Positions 9,598 to 19,698 of a DNA stretch of 64,000 nt are shown here, in pieces (position 1 is the first letter of the stretch; each line of letters opens with the position of its first letter). The DNA lies in NCBI GenBank assembly GCA_041611735.1, contig JBFIML010000013.1, forward strand, positions 1 to 64,000, written 5' to 3'. The position numbers were made by a program, and so were the translations under genes. Origin of the DNA: Myxococcota bacterium. Its GTDB lineage: Bacteria; Myxococcota_A; UBA9160; PR03. Under the pieces are notes generated by a model. That model saw only the letters and a program-made list of their open reading frames with translations, made no database searches and was not told where the DNA came from.

Positions 9598-12500
9598 CTA
9601 GAAGCGCTCGCGCCAGTAGAGCAGGCGGATGTCGCCCGGCTCGGGAATGTCGTCGTCCGGGCTCTCGATCTCCGCCCCGCTCTTGCCCACGTAGATGCGG
9701 GTGGTCGCGCCGCTCCCGACGCCCACGGAGACCTGCGGGTCCGTGGGCATGCCGGCCCCGATCGAGATGCCCCGGATCGAGTTCCCGACGCCGTCCTCGA
9801 AGTGACCCGCACCGCTGGCTAGCTTGAACACGTAGAGGTTCGAGTTCCCCTTCGCCGTGCACGGCTGCGGATCGTCGATGGGCGTGAAGGAGGCGGCGAT
9901 CACGAAGCCCGCGAAGATCTCGACGTTCGTCACGAACTTCTCGCCGTCGGCGGCCCGGAAGTAGTAGCCGCGGCCCGAGAGGACAGCGCCACCGGGGCTG
10001 GCGGTCAGGTCCTGGAGGTCGGGCTCCGTCACCGTCGCCAGGGGCGCGGCCGCCAGCTCGAGGGGGTCCAGGTCCGTCATCACGTAGAAGCGGTTGTTCT
10101 CCACCGGGCTGCTCGGCTTGCCCAGGAACTGGATGTCGCGCCGCTCCCCGCTCCCGAAGGCCAGCCACACCTTGCCGTTCAACTTGGTGCCGGCCGGCGG
10201 GAAGAAGAAGCTCTTGTAGTAGGTCTTGCCGTCCACGGTGCCGGAGGGCGCCTGGAAGACGCGGCGGAAGCTCCAGCTCGGCTGGGTGAGAGCGCCGGAG
10301 GCGTCGTTCACGCGGTCCTCGCCCACGGGCTTGATGACCCACTTCCACAGGTTTCCGCCCAGGTCGCCCACGTAGACCACGTCGGCGAAGCCGTCGAAGT
10401 CCAGGTCGAAGACCGCGGGCGTGGACGGGATCGCGTAGCGCATGTCGCGCTGCGCATCGCCAATGGGGGCCGCCGGGTCGAAGCGCTTCTGTGCAAGCAC
10501 CTTGCCCGTCTTCAAGTCGAGCACGAAGAGGGAGCGCCCGGCCCGGGCGTTGGCGGCGTAGTTCAGGCTGTCGTTGGGGTCGCCGCTGGCGTGGTAGCCC
10601 CCCGTCACGATGGCCACCCAGCGCTCGTAGCCCTTGCCTCCGTTGTCGTCGGCCCCCACCCGCACCCGCACCCGGGTCAGGATGGCCTGGCCCCAGGTCT
10701 CTCCCATGTAGGGGAGGAACGAGTTCGGGTTGGCGACGTTGTTCGGGTCGTCCTCCCGGGGGAACTCCCACAGATAAACGGGCGCGCTCCCCAGCGTGGG
10801 CTGGGTCACGTCGAGCGCGAAGTACTGGCTCCCGCCCTGGCGCAGGCCGCCCACCAGCACCGTGTGCCAGTCGCTGGCGCTCTTGTCCGCGGGCAGGCTC
10901 CCGGTGGTCGGGGTCGGATGGAACCATGCGTCCGCCACCTGGAGCTGTCCGTCCACGTAGAGCTGGCGGGCGAGCGGGTCGTCGATGGGCAGGCGCCGGA
11001 TGTTGCGGCGCGCCTGCCAGGGCATGAAGGCGAACAGCTCCGCCCCGGTGCCCGCGGTGTAGTCCGGCGGCACCGCCAGGGCGTCCCACGTGCCGGCGTC
11101 GAAGGCGTGCAGGAAGCCGTCGTTGGCGCCGGCGTAGATGACCCGCTTGCGGTTGGCGTGCAAGGTCTTGAAGTCGAAGTAGCTCGGCTCCGGGATCAGG
11201 GCCTTGGGCCGGGTCACGACGATGGGGCTCGAGTGGAAGATGTCCCCCAGCAGCCGGTCCCGCACCATGCAGGCCTGGGGCACGCTCACGTCCGTACCGG
11301 GCACGCCGGTCCCGAGCTCGCAGCCCCGTCCGTAGGCGACGACCTCCTTGGCCAGCCCCGCGGCATTCAGGGCCGTGCTGCCCTTGAGGGGATAGAGGCC
11401 GGAGTTCGGGCTCGGATCGTTGGTCCCGGGGCTCGTGAAGGGGACGATGCCCAGGTCGGCCGGCGCCAGGGCGGCGTCGAAGGCCACCCGGGTGGGGGTC
11501 CCGGCCAAGAGCTTGGACGTGTGGAGCTTGCGCAGGTCCGGCGCCGGCACCTTGGAGGCCGCGTCCCAGAAGGGCACCGCCTCGGCCTTGAAGGGGCCGG
11601 AGTTGCACTCCCCGGGGTCCGGGTCGATGAGCGCGCAGTTGCCCCCCGAGTCGCGCACGGCGCCCTGGGCGTCCAGGCGCCAGGCGGTCAGGTGCCCCTC
11701 CCAGAAGGCTTGCCGCCCCGACGGGATGAAGAAGCTCGCGTAGAAGTCGCCGCCGTCGGCGGTGCGGGTGGACGGCACCGTCACGTTGGCGAAGGACTGG
11801 GCCTTCTCGATGATGTCGTTCAGCGCCGCCAGCAGGGCCGTGGAGAGCTGGTCGCCGTCCTGGGCATGGTAGTAGAGCCCGTTGCCCACGTCCGCGGCCC
11901 GGCGCAGGACGTCGTCGGCCCCTTCGTCGGTGCCGAAGCCGATGGTGTAGACGTCGATGGTCTGGTCGCCCGTCATGTCGGGTCGGCAGTCGTTGTTGGC
12001 CATGAAGCGGGCGATGTCGTCCAGGTACCAGGCGCTCTCCTCGACGTCACCGGGCACCTCGGGCTCGTCGCCGGCGCCCGGGTTGTAGTCCCCGATCAGG
12101 CTGGTGAAGACCGGGAAGCCCACCGCGGTACTGGCCGGGTCCGCGTCGAAGTCGTCCCGGGTGGGGCTGCCATCGGTCACCATGACCACGAAGTTCTTCT
12201 GGCACACGAACTCCATGGGGCTGCCGGGGGGGCTGGCCGTCTGGGCGCCGTTGGCTCCGGACTTGTACTGGTACTTGGGGAAGCGGGTGACGCCATCCTG
12301 GCCGAAGGGCAGGTTGGCCGGGTCGCGGCTCATGAAGTAGGTGTACGACTGGAAGAGCGACTCGCCGAGCGGCGACGCGCCGGAGCCGGAGGAGTTCCCG
12401 ACCGCGGCCTCCAGGTTCGAGGCGTGCCTCGGGGTGGGCTTGTCCACGGGGACCGTCACGAAGCCGCCGTTCGGATCCACGTTGCCCGCGTCCGCCGGCT

Positions 12501-13044
12501 GGCGGAACTCGGCCAGGCCGAAGCTCACGCCCTTGGACTCGGCCTCGCAGATCACGTCCAGGAGCACCAGCTTGGCCGCCTGGGCCCGGGTGCGCCGGTA
12601 CTTGTCCCGGAGCTGGTTGGCCCCGCCGGCGGGGTTGCAGCCCTTGGGGATGGACTTGGCGGTCTTGATCTCGTTGTAGTAGGGGTCCGCGGCCGAGCTG
12701 AAGTACCAGTTCAGGTAGCGGCCGGTCCAGAGCGTGGGGTTCTCGGGCCGCCAGATCGTGCGCGCCTTCCCACAGTGGGTCTCCGTCTTCTGACTGGTGA
12801 TCTCGTAGACGGTGTCGTCGTTCCACTTGTTGCAGAGCGCGGTGTAGCTCTGGCTGGGATCGAAGGCCGGGTGCCACTCGATCTCCTTCATGGAGCGCGA
12901 GTTGTCGATGAAGAGCAGCACGTTGGGCGGCACCGAGGCGGTGAACAGGAAGAGGTCGGTGTCCGGATTGGACCCGGCCGGGACCGGCAGCCCGAGGCCG
13001 ACACCCAGAGCGAGTCCCAGGAGCGCCCGATGCGTTTGCTTCAC
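9598..13044 (-). CDS. pilY1: PilY1/PilC-family pilus tip adhesin with vWA-like domain (copy B)
   Basis: MIDAS-like DNSRSM and VTDG; LGDIFHSSP, YAGANDGFLHAF, GETW, Ca-loop DLDFDGFAD, GDLGGNLWK, YWRE terminus. Confidence 0.92.
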   Translation of the reverse strand: MKQTHRALLGLALGVGLGLPVPAGSNPDTDLFLFTASVPPNVLLFIDNSRSMKEIEWHPAFDPSQSYTALCNKWNDDTVYEITSQKTETHCGKARTIWRPENPTLWTGRYLNWYFSSAADPYYNEIKTAKSIPKGCNPAGGANQLRDKYRRTRAQAAKLVLLDVICEAESKGVSFGLAEFRQPADAGNVDPNGGFVTVPVDKPTPRHASNLEAAVGNSSGSGASPLGESLFQSYTYFMSRDPANLPFGQDGVTRFPKYQYKSGANGAQTASPPGSPMEFVCQKNFVVMVTDGSPTRDDFDADPASTAVGFPVFTSLIGDYNPGAGDEPEVPGDVEESAWYLDDIARFMANNDCRPDMTGDQTIDVYTIGFGTDEGADDVLRRAADVGNGLYYHAQDGDQLSTALLAALNDIIEKAQSFANVTVPSTRTADGGDFYASFFIPSGRQAFWEGHLTAWRLDAQGAVRDSGGNCALIDPDPGECNSGPFKAEAVPFWDAASKVPAPDLRKLHTSKLLAGTPTRVAFDAALAPADLGIVPFTSPGTNDPSPNSGLYPLKGSTALNAAGLAKEVVAYGRGCELGTGVPGTDVSVPQACMVRDRLLGDIFHSSPIVVTRPKALIPEPSYFDFKTLHANRKRVIYAGANDGFLHAFDAGTWDALAVPPDYTAGTGAELFAFMPWQARRNIRRLPIDDPLARQLYVDGQLQVADAWFHPTPTTGSLPADKSASDWHTVLVGGLRQGGSQYFALDVTQPTLGSAPVYLWEFPREDDPNNVANPNSFLPYMGETWGQAILTRVRVRVGADDNGGKGYERWVAIVTGGYHASGDPNDSLNYAANARAGRSLFVLDLKTGKVLAQKRFDPAAPIGDAQRDMRYAIPSTPAVFDLDFDGFADVVYVGDLGGNLWKWVIKPVGEDRVNDASGALTQPSWSFRRVFQAPSGTVDGKTYYKSFFFPPAGTKLNGKVWLAFGSGERRDIQFLGKPSSPVENNRFYVMTDLDPLELAAAPLATVTEPDLQDLTASPGGAVLSGRGYYFRAADGEKFVTNVEIFAGFVIAASFTPIDDPQPCTAKGNSNLYVFKLASGAGHFEDGVGNSIRGISIGAGMPTDPQVSVGVGSGATTRIYVGKSGAEIESPDDDIPEPGDIRLLYWRERF

Positions 13045-13092
13045 GGTCAGATCTCCCCATCCCCTCCGGTGATCGATTCGCTCTCGCCGCGC

Positions 13093-13557
13093 TCACTCGA
13101 GGCGGGCGGCGAGCACCTCCAGTCGCGCCGTGGACCCGGCGGGCTCCTGCCCCTGGACCCGCACCCGCCAGTAGTGCAGCTGGAAGGTCGGGCTCGCGTC
13201 CTGGCCCACGTTCATCTCGAAGCCCTCGATGGGGCTTCCGCCCAGATCGTCCAGCGGGTCGGCGGCCGTGGGATCGGGCTGGTAGCTGGGCCGGCCGTAG
13301 GGAAAGCTGCCCGGGTCCCCCACCGACTGGCCGTTGGTGACGGTGGGCGTGCCGGTGCGGGCCAGGTTTCCGAGCGCCTCGGCCACCCCCGCCTCGGCGG
13401 CGTAGAAGGCCATCCGTTCGCGCATCTGGTAGCCGGCCACCTGGCGCTCACGCGTCACGGTCTCCAGGGCTGCGAAGCCGACGGCGCCGATCAGCACCAG
13501 CATCATGACCGTGGCCAGCAGGGCCGAGCCCTCGATTCGTCGGGTCTGGATTCTCAC
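13093..13557 (-). CDS. pilX: PilX-like minor pilin (copy B)
   Basis: G|SALLATVMMLVLI prepilin leader without Glu5; AFYAAEAGV PilX motif. Confidence 0.8.
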   Translation of the reverse strand: MRIQTRRIEGSALLATVMMLVLIGAVGFAALETVTRERQVAGYQMRERMAFYAAEAGVAEALGNLARTGTPTVTNGQSVGDPGSFPYGRPSYQPDPTAADPLDDLGGSPIEGFEMNVGQDASPTFQLHYWRVRVQGQEPAGSTARLEVLAARLE

Positions 13558-14567
13558 AGGGTGGTCCCCCGGTTGCCCAGATTGCGCAGCTGGACCGTGG
13601 CCGTGTGCACGCGGCGGCGGAAGCCGTCGGCGCCCACCACGGGATCGCGGTTCTCCGTGTTCTGGAACAGACCCTGGCTATACTCCTGCCGCGGATCCGG
13701 GTCCCGGGTGCGCAGCGCCAGGTTGAAACGCACCTCGCGTAGCTCGCGCCCGTCGGCCCCGGCCGCCACGTAGTCGGGCCCCACGTTGTCCCCGCGGTAC
13801 TCGCCGGGATCGATGGCCCCGTTCCCGTTGGCGTCGTAGAACCAGGCGAGCTGGAGGTCGTCCACGTCCTGGGCGAAGACCAGGCCGTCGCGCAGCAGCT
13901 GCCGCTGGGCGTCGACCCGGTAGTCGTGAGCCGGCACGGCCACGAGCTGGGGGGCGCCGCCGGCCGGTGCCAGGGGGCCGCTCACGATGTTCACCTGCAG
14001 GCTGGTGGCGCTCGGGATCCCCACCACCGTCCCGCAGGCCGCCCCGCGCCCGGGGTCGCCCAGGTCGACGACGATCACGCCGCCGTTCACCCGGAAGTCG
14101 CTGTCGGCGACCCCGTCGCCATCCGTGTCGTAGGCGGGACGCCAGGTCGGGTTGGGCTCGATGACCAGCGAATCGACGTTCAGGGTCTGGACGCCGGTCA
14201 CCACGTTGGCGGTCGCCACCGGGAGGCGGGCGCCGAAGTCGAGACCCTTGTCGTCGCCGGGATCGACGGCATCCGCGTCGCTCACGAACAGGCGGTCGGG
14301 GCCGCCGTCCTGGTCGATGCCGCAGACCGCCGCCGCCTCCGACACCATGAGCCCCGCATGGCGGAGGTCGCGCTCCAGGAGATCGGCGATGGCGCGGCTG
14401 TTCTGCCGGACCTCCGACAGCTGGTCGACGACCACGTAGGTGCGCTGCTGGGTCGTGAAGGTCTGGGTGACGAGCACCATCACGATGCCGAGCACCGCCA
14501 CCGCGACGAGCAGCTCCACCAGCGTGAAGCCGCCCTGCCCGCTGCGCCCGGCCCTCTCTGCCCCCAT
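13554..14567 (-). CDS. pilW: PilW-like minor pilin (copy B)
   Basis: G|FTLVELLVAV N-methylation motif; LERDLRHAG; C-terminal VQLRN. Confidence 0.82.
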   Translation of the reverse strand: MGAERAGRSGQGGFTLVELLVAVAVLGIVMVLVTQTFTTQQRTYVVVDQLSEVRQNSRAIADLLERDLRHAGLMVSEAAAVCGIDQDGGPDRLFVSDADAVDPGDDKGLDFGARLPVATANVVTGVQTLNVDSLVIEPNPTWRPAYDTDGDGVADSDFRVNGGVIVVDLGDPGRGAACGTVVGIPSATSLQVNIVSGPLAPAGGAPQLVAVPAHDYRVDAQRQLLRDGLVFAQDVDDLQLAWFYDANGNGAIDPGEYRGDNVGPDYVAAGADGRELREVRFNLALRTRDPDPRQEYSQGLFQNTENRDPVVGADGFRRRVHTATVQLRNLGNRGTTL

Positions 14568-14614
14568 GCCTCACCTCCCCCGGACGGCCGTCGTGCGCCG
14601 TCCTGGCTCCCTCG

Positions 14615-14630
14615 AGCAAGACCCGTGCCG
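14615..14630 (-). promoter_or_regulatory. Sigma54 (-24/-12) promoter for cassette B
   Basis: Minus strand CGGCACGGGTCTTGCT (GG-N10-GC). Confidence 0.72.
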
Positions 14631-14638
14631 TGCTGTCC

Positions 14639-14666
14639 CGATCGGCAACCCAGCCGGGATCATTGA
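14639..14666 (-). promoter_or_regulatory. Sigma28-like promoter for cassette B
   Basis: Minus strand TCAAT-N15-GCCGATCG, 8 bp upstream of the sigma54 motif. Confidence 0.6.
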
Positions 14667-14757
14667 GCTTTTCCTGCCGGCGCCGGGCCGGGCCGGGGGC
14701 CCGGCTGCGCAGCGCCTTGCGCGCCGCGCAACCTGCTGCGTAGACCCGGTTCGAGGC

Positions 14758-15759
14758 TCAGTCGCGCAGGGCGGCCGGCGGGGCGGCGGTCGTCGGCTCG
14801 GGGGCCTGGACCACCAGCTCGAAGCGCTGGGCGGTGCCCCCACCGTGGGGATCCTCCACGGCGAGCTCGACCGTGTGGCGACCCGTCTGGTGCGAGGCGG
14901 GCTGCCAGACCAGCACGCCGGTGGCGGGATCCAGGGCCATGCCTCGGGGGCCCTCCAGCAGCCGGAAGCGGAGCGGTCGGTCCCCGTCCGGGTCCTCGGC
15001 CTGCACGGCGTAGCGGAAGCCGCCTCCCGGCCCGATGCCCTGGGGTGCGGAGCGGATCACCGGCGCCGCGTTGGTGAGCTCGAGCGGTGCGCTGCGTACG
15101 GGCCGGCTGTCCTCGGACCCGTCGCTCACCACGACCTCCACGAACACGCTGTCGCCGCGCCGCAGGCCCGCCGTGGAGAAGGTTGCCTGGCCTCGAGCGG
15201 CCTCGCGATCGTTCACGTACCAGACGTAGTCGAAGCGCAGATGGTCGCCGTCGGGATCGTCGGCCTCGACCCCTGCCGAGATCGGGATTCCCGCCACGAC
15301 GTTCAGCCGGGGCCGCAGGACCACCGAGCGCAGCGCGGGCCCCTGGTTGCCGATCCGCACCTCGGCGCTGCGCGGCTCCCCCTTGGCCTCTCCGTCTCCG
15401 GCGACGACCGTGACCCGCACCGCGTCGCCGCGGCGGGAGCGGTTGCCCGGGAACTCCGGCCCGCTGGCTTCCACCGGCCGTCCGTTGTGCTCCCAGCGGA
15501 ACTCGAGATGCACCGGGTCGTGGTCCGGATCCTGGGCCCGGACCACCGCGCGCACCGGCTCGGCGGCGCGGGGCCGGGCCGGCCGCAGCTCCAGCGTCTC
15601 GATCACCGGGGCCTGGTTGACCCGGTCCTTGCCGCCCGCGGGCCGCGCGGACATGGGCGGGCCCGACGGCGTTCGAGTCGGCTCCTCGCCCCCACAGGCG
15701 GCGAGCGCCGTCGCCGCCAACATCGCCGCGGCGATCCGGTGGAGCTCCCCTCCTCGCAT
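14758..15759 (-). CDS. Ig/cadherin-like repeat lipoprotein (cassette A)
   Basis: Lipobox LAAC; repeats with DPDHD/DPDGD; C-terminal putative Ig domain; shares ATFSTAGLxRGD and DPHGG with 8201..9181. Confidence 0.82.
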   Translation of the reverse strand: MRGGELHRIAAAMLAATALAACGGEEPTRTPSGPPMSARPAGGKDRVNQAPVIETLELRPARPRAAEPVRAVVRAQDPDHDPVHLEFRWEHNGRPVEASGPEFPGNRSRRGDAVRVTVVAGDGEAKGEPRSAEVRIGNQGPALRSVVLRPRLNVVAGIPISAGVEADDPDGDHLRFDYVWYVNDREAARGQATFSTAGLRRGDSVFVEVVVSDGSEDSRPVRSAPLELTNAAPVIRSAPQGIGPGGGFRYAVQAEDPDGDRPLRFRLLEGPRGMALDPATGVLVWQPASHQTGRHTVELAVEDPHGGGTAQRFELVVQAPEPTTAAPPAALRD

Positions 15760-15778
15760 GGTCCCTCCCGTGCGCCGC

Positions 15779-16102
15779 CTAGCGCGGCGCCTCCTCCAGG
15801 CGCAGCCGCTCGAGCTCGAGCCGCCCGCCCCGATCCACCGCCTCCCAGACGTACTGGAAATCCCCTCCCCAGGGATCCTGCACCCGCACGTCCTGCAGCC
15901 CGATCCGCGCGCCGTCCAGGTCGGTGATCACGGTGCGCTCGGTCACGTGGTGCAGGCGCTTGTCGATGGTCACGGTGCGGGCGACCACGTCCTTGGCAGT
16001 GAGCAGACCCGCGCCTTCCACGAGCTCGCCCGCCGACACCGCCCCCGCCAGACCGAGAGCGGCCGCCAGGGCCAGGACCGCACCTGCCCGGATGCCTCGC
16101 AT
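15779..16102 (-). CDS. Small secreted beta-rich protein (DUF5666-like; cassette A)
   Basis: Signal peptide; GAGLLTAKDVVARTVTI...HVTERT...LERLRL; paralog of 9226..9588. Confidence 0.75.
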   Translation of the reverse strand: MRGIRAGAVLALAAALGLAGAVSAGELVEGAGLLTAKDVVARTVTIDKRLHHVTERTVITDLDGARIGLQDVRVQDPWGGDFQYVWEAVDRGGRLELERLRLEEAPR

Positions 16103-16115
16103 GACTCGCCTCCTT

Positions 16116-19100
16116 CTACCGATCTCGCCAGCTCTCGAGCTGGATCAGCCGGGTTCCCAGGTCCGGAGCACACACCTGCTGCATTTCCCCGTCGCTCGTC
16201 ACCACGATCACGCGGTTCTCGCAGGGCGGGCACGGCGGCGTGCCGCAGCCACCTCCACCGCCGCCCCCACCGCCCCCGGCGGCGCCGGAGAGCTGCCCCA
16301 CCGAGACGCGGGGCGCACTGGGGAGCCCCACACCGATGCTCACACGACGGTCGGCTTCCGGATCCGTGGGACCGCTGCCGGGCTCGAACAGCCCGCGACC
16401 GCAGAAGAGGTCGAAGCCGTACAGGAAGGCATCGCCCCCGGTCACGCACGGATCGCCCGAGCTGTCGGGAACGTAGGTGGGCGCCAGCACGAAGCCGGCG
16501 AAGATGGTCGCCTTCTGCACCATCTTCTCCCCGTCGCGCAGGCGGATGAAGAATCCGTTCTGCGAGGTCTGGGCCGCGCATCCCAGGGTGTTGCCGGTGA
16601 GATCGTTGAAGGTCGCGGCATCCCCCACCAGCGTGGTCGGAGTCGCGTCCAGCTCCAGGGGATCCGCATCCTTCATGACGTAGAAGCGGTTGTTCTCCTG
16701 GTTGGTCGTGGTCACTCCCGGGAAGCTCAGGTTGGCGCGCTCTCCGGTCCCCAGCGCGAGCCATAGCGTGCCGTGGATCAGCGCTCCCGTGGGGGGGAAG
16801 AACAGGCTCTTGTAGTAGGTCTGGCCACCGGTGGTGTGCTCCGGCGCCCGGAAGACCTTAAGGAAGGGCCAGCCCGGCTGCGCGACATCGTGGGTCTCGC
16901 CGGGCGAGTGGTCGCCCACGTCGCGGACCACCCACTTCCACAGGTTCCCGCCCAGGTCTCCCACGTAGACCACGTCGACGAAGCCGTCGGAATTGAGGTC
17001 GAAGGCGGAAACCGAGGAGGGAATCGCGTACTTCAGGTCCCGCTGCGGGTCCCCGGCCGGCGCCGCCGGATCGAAGCGCTTGGCGGCCAGCACCCGTCCC
17101 GTGGCCAGATCGATCATGAAGACCGCCCGACCCGCCGTAGCGTTGGCCAGGTAGGACGGCGTATTCGGATCGCCGCTCGGGTCGTAGCCCCCGGTCACGA
17201 TGGCCACCCAGCGCTCGAAGGGCTTGCCGGACGGGTCGTAGCTCCCTCCCACGCGCACCTTCACCCGCGTGATCACCGGCTCGGCCCAGGTCTCCCCGAA
17301 ATACGGACGCCAGGCGTTGCACAAGGCGTCGCCGGGATTCTCACAGGGGAACTCCCAGAGGTACTTCGGGAAGGTCGAGGCCGTGTCGGGATCGGTCACG
17401 TCCAGCGCGAAGTAGGCGTTGCCGCCCTGGCGCAGCCCTCCCACCAGCACCGTGCGCCACTCGCCGGCGGACTTGTCCCAGTCCGTGCTCGTGGAGGGCA
17501 GCCAGGCATCCGCCGCCTGGGCGGCCCCGTCCACCCCATACCAGTGGGCCGTGGCCGGAAGCGGCAGGTTCTTCACCCGTTTGCGCACCGGATACGGCAT
17601 GAAGCCCATGCGCTCCTTGCCGGCCTCCGCGTGCTCCCGGTTGTAGCGGGCCGGCGAGAGGGTCGTGTCCCACACCTCGCCCACGAAGCCATGCAGGAAG
17701 CCGCCGTTCGAGCCCGCGTACACCATCTTGGTCCGCGTGGCCCAGGTCTGGGCGAAGCTCAGGTACGAGCTGTCGTTGATGGCCGCGTTGGGAGGCCCGA
17801 TCACGAGCGGGTTCGAGTGGAAGATGTCCGCCAGCCGGATGCTCCGGTCCACGCAGGGATCCGAGCCGAACTCGCAGCCGCGCCCGTACTGCACCACCTC
17901 GTCGGCCAGCTCTCCGGCGTTGGACGCCGTGCTGCCCAGGGGCACGTACGGCGGCAGGTCGCCGGCCGTGAGGACGAGGTCCACCTCGTCGAGGCCCACC
18001 CGGTCGAAGACCGGCGGGCGGCTGCCCTGGGCCACCCCCGTCTTCGAGACGTAGAGCTTGCGACTTCCGGCGCTCGGCATCTTGTCCTGGGCGTCCCAGA
18101 TGGGCACCAGCAGGTCCAGGGGCTTCAGGTCTCCCCCGTCGCAGGGGGTCGGGTCGCCCGCGAAGACACACAGCCCGTTCTTGTCGCGCACCTCGCCGTC
18201 CGCCTCGATGTCGAAGTTGACCAGGTGCCCCTCCCAGAAGGGCGAGCTGTTCTTGGGCCGGAAGTTGGTGAAGTAGAAGTTGTTCTCCGCCGTGGTGCGG
18301 CTGGCGGGCACCGACACCGCGGTGAAGGACTGCACCTTGTCGATGATGTCCCGGATGGAGTCGATGATGGCCTGGGTCAGCTCCTCGGCGTTGTTGCTGG
18401 TGAAGAAGAGCCCGCCTCCCACCGCCGCGGTCTTGGCCAGCAGGGCGTTTGCCGTCCCCGAGGTGGTGAAGCCGACCGTGTAGATGTCCAGGTTCTGGAA
18501 ACCGCTGCGGTTGGGCATGAAGTCGTTTTCGTGCATGAACTTGGCGATGTCGTCGAGGTAGCCAGCCCCCTCCGACGGCCAGGGCGGATTGCCCTCCTCG
18601 GTCTCGCCGTCCAGGTTGTAGTCGCCGATCAGCTTGTTCTTGAAATCCTTGAAGCCCTTGGCGGTGCTGGTCGGGGATTCCTCGTCGAAGTCGTCCCGGG
18701 TCGGCTCCCCGTCGGTGATGACGATGACGAAGTGCTTCTGGCAGTCGTAGAGGACCGGGGTGTCCGGCACGGTGGGGGGCCCCGAGTTGCTCTGGGGCCC
18801 GTTCAACGTCGTGCGGTACTGGTACTTGGGGAAGCGCGTGCTGGCGTCCTTGCCCTTGGGGCGGTCCCCGTCGTCGCGGTCCATGAAGTAGGTGTAGACC
18901 TGGAAGAGCGTCTCCCCGAGCGGCGTCCAGGTGTCCGGGTCGAGGTTCTGGATGGCGGTGTTCAGGGCCAGGTCCTGGGCCGGCGTGTAGTCGTCAGCCG
19001 GCACCACCACGTAGCCGCCATTGGGGTCGCCACCCTCCCGGAACTGGGCCAAACCGAAGCGCACGTCGCCGGCGGCGTTCACCTGGCAGATCACGTCGCG

Positions 19101-19646
19101 CAGGATGTGACGCATGGCCGAGGCCCGGGAGCGCCGGTAGCGGTGGTAGCTCCCGCCGCCCAGGCAGGCCGAGAAGGTGCCGTTGTTCATGGCCACGATG
19201 GTGGGATACACGGGGTTGGAGGCGGGACTGTACAGCCAGTTCAGGTAGCGGCCGTCCCAGCGGGTGCGATCGCCGTTCACGAAGATCTCCGGGTCGTGGA
19301 ACACCTCCCGCGCGGTCGAGACGCAGCCCGCCGGAACCGGCGCCGGGATCGCGTGGGTCATGGGCGGAAAGAGGGTGTCGTTGGGCCCGCTGAACCCGCT
19401 GGAGCCCGGGTCGACGTAGTAGGTCCAGCCGTCGTTCCAGTAGGTGCAGCTCGGCACGAGCGTCGGATCGAAGCTCTCGTGCCAGACCACGTGCTCCATG
19501 GAGCCGGAGTTGTCGGCCAGGAACACCACGTTCGGCGCCACCACGTTGGAGAAGAGCTCCGTGTCGTCGGCGCGCGGAGTCGCACCGGGCGCGAGGAGGG
19601 ACAGGCCCAGGAGGGCGATGACCCCGGGCAGGTGAAGGCGGGTCAT
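16116..19646 (-). CDS. pilY1: PilY1/PilC-family pilus tip adhesin with vWA-like domain (copy A)
   Basis: Start MTRLHLPG with GGAGG RBS; DNSGSM, TPLGETL, ITDG, DIFHSNP, GSNGGFLHGF, DLNSDGFVD, SWRDR terminus. Confidence 0.92.
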   Translation of the reverse strand: MTRLHLPGVIALLGLSLLAPGATPRADDTELFSNVVAPNVVFLADNSGSMEHVVWHESFDPTLVPSCTYWNDGWTYYVDPGSSGFSGPNDTLFPPMTHAIPAPVPAGCVSTAREVFHDPEIFVNGDRTRWDGRYLNWLYSPASNPVYPTIVAMNNGTFSACLGGGSYHRYRRSRASAMRHILRDVICQVNAAGDVRFGLAQFREGGDPNGGYVVVPADDYTPAQDLALNTAIQNLDPDTWTPLGETLFQVYTYFMDRDDGDRPKGKDASTRFPKYQYRTTLNGPQSNSGPPTVPDTPVLYDCQKHFVIVITDGEPTRDDFDEESPTSTAKGFKDFKNKLIGDYNLDGETEEGNPPWPSEGAGYLDDIAKFMHENDFMPNRSGFQNLDIYTVGFTTSGTANALLAKTAAVGGGLFFTSNNAEELTQAIIDSIRDIIDKVQSFTAVSVPASRTTAENNFYFTNFRPKNSSPFWEGHLVNFDIEADGEVRDKNGLCVFAGDPTPCDGGDLKPLDLLVPIWDAQDKMPSAGSRKLYVSKTGVAQGSRPPVFDRVGLDEVDLVLTAGDLPPYVPLGSTASNAGELADEVVQYGRGCEFGSDPCVDRSIRLADIFHSNPLVIGPPNAAINDSSYLSFAQTWATRTKMVYAGSNGGFLHGFVGEVWDTTLSPARYNREHAEAGKERMGFMPYPVRKRVKNLPLPATAHWYGVDGAAQAADAWLPSTSTDWDKSAGEWRTVLVGGLRQGGNAYFALDVTDPDTASTFPKYLWEFPCENPGDALCNAWRPYFGETWAEPVITRVKVRVGGSYDPSGKPFERWVAIVTGGYDPSGDPNTPSYLANATAGRAVFMIDLATGRVLAAKRFDPAAPAGDPQRDLKYAIPSSVSAFDLNSDGFVDVVYVGDLGGNLWKWVVRDVGDHSPGETHDVAQPGWPFLKVFRAPEHTTGGQTYYKSLFFPPTGALIHGTLWLALGTGERANLSFPGVTTTNQENNRFYVMKDADPLELDATPTTLVGDAATFNDLTGNTLGCAAQTSQNGFFIRLRDGEKMVQKATIFAGFVLAPTYVPDSSGDPCVTGGDAFLYGFDLFCGRGLFEPGSGPTDPEADRRVSIGVGLPSAPRVSVGQLSGAAGGGGGGGGGGCGTPPCPPCENRVIVVTSDGEMQQVCAPDLGTRLIQLESWRDR

Positions 19647-19698
19647 GGCAGGAACCTCCGGATTCGGAGTCGGGGAGCCATCGCCGGGGCCACGACGG

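Noticed and set aside
14640-14757. Possible c-di-GMP/cGAMP (GEMM) riboswitch upstream of cassette B (GGGTCTACG, GGGTTGCCG fragments)
   Set aside because: The conserved P2 stem with GAAA loop and GCAAA junction could not be found, and the fragments lie upstream of or within the predicted promoters
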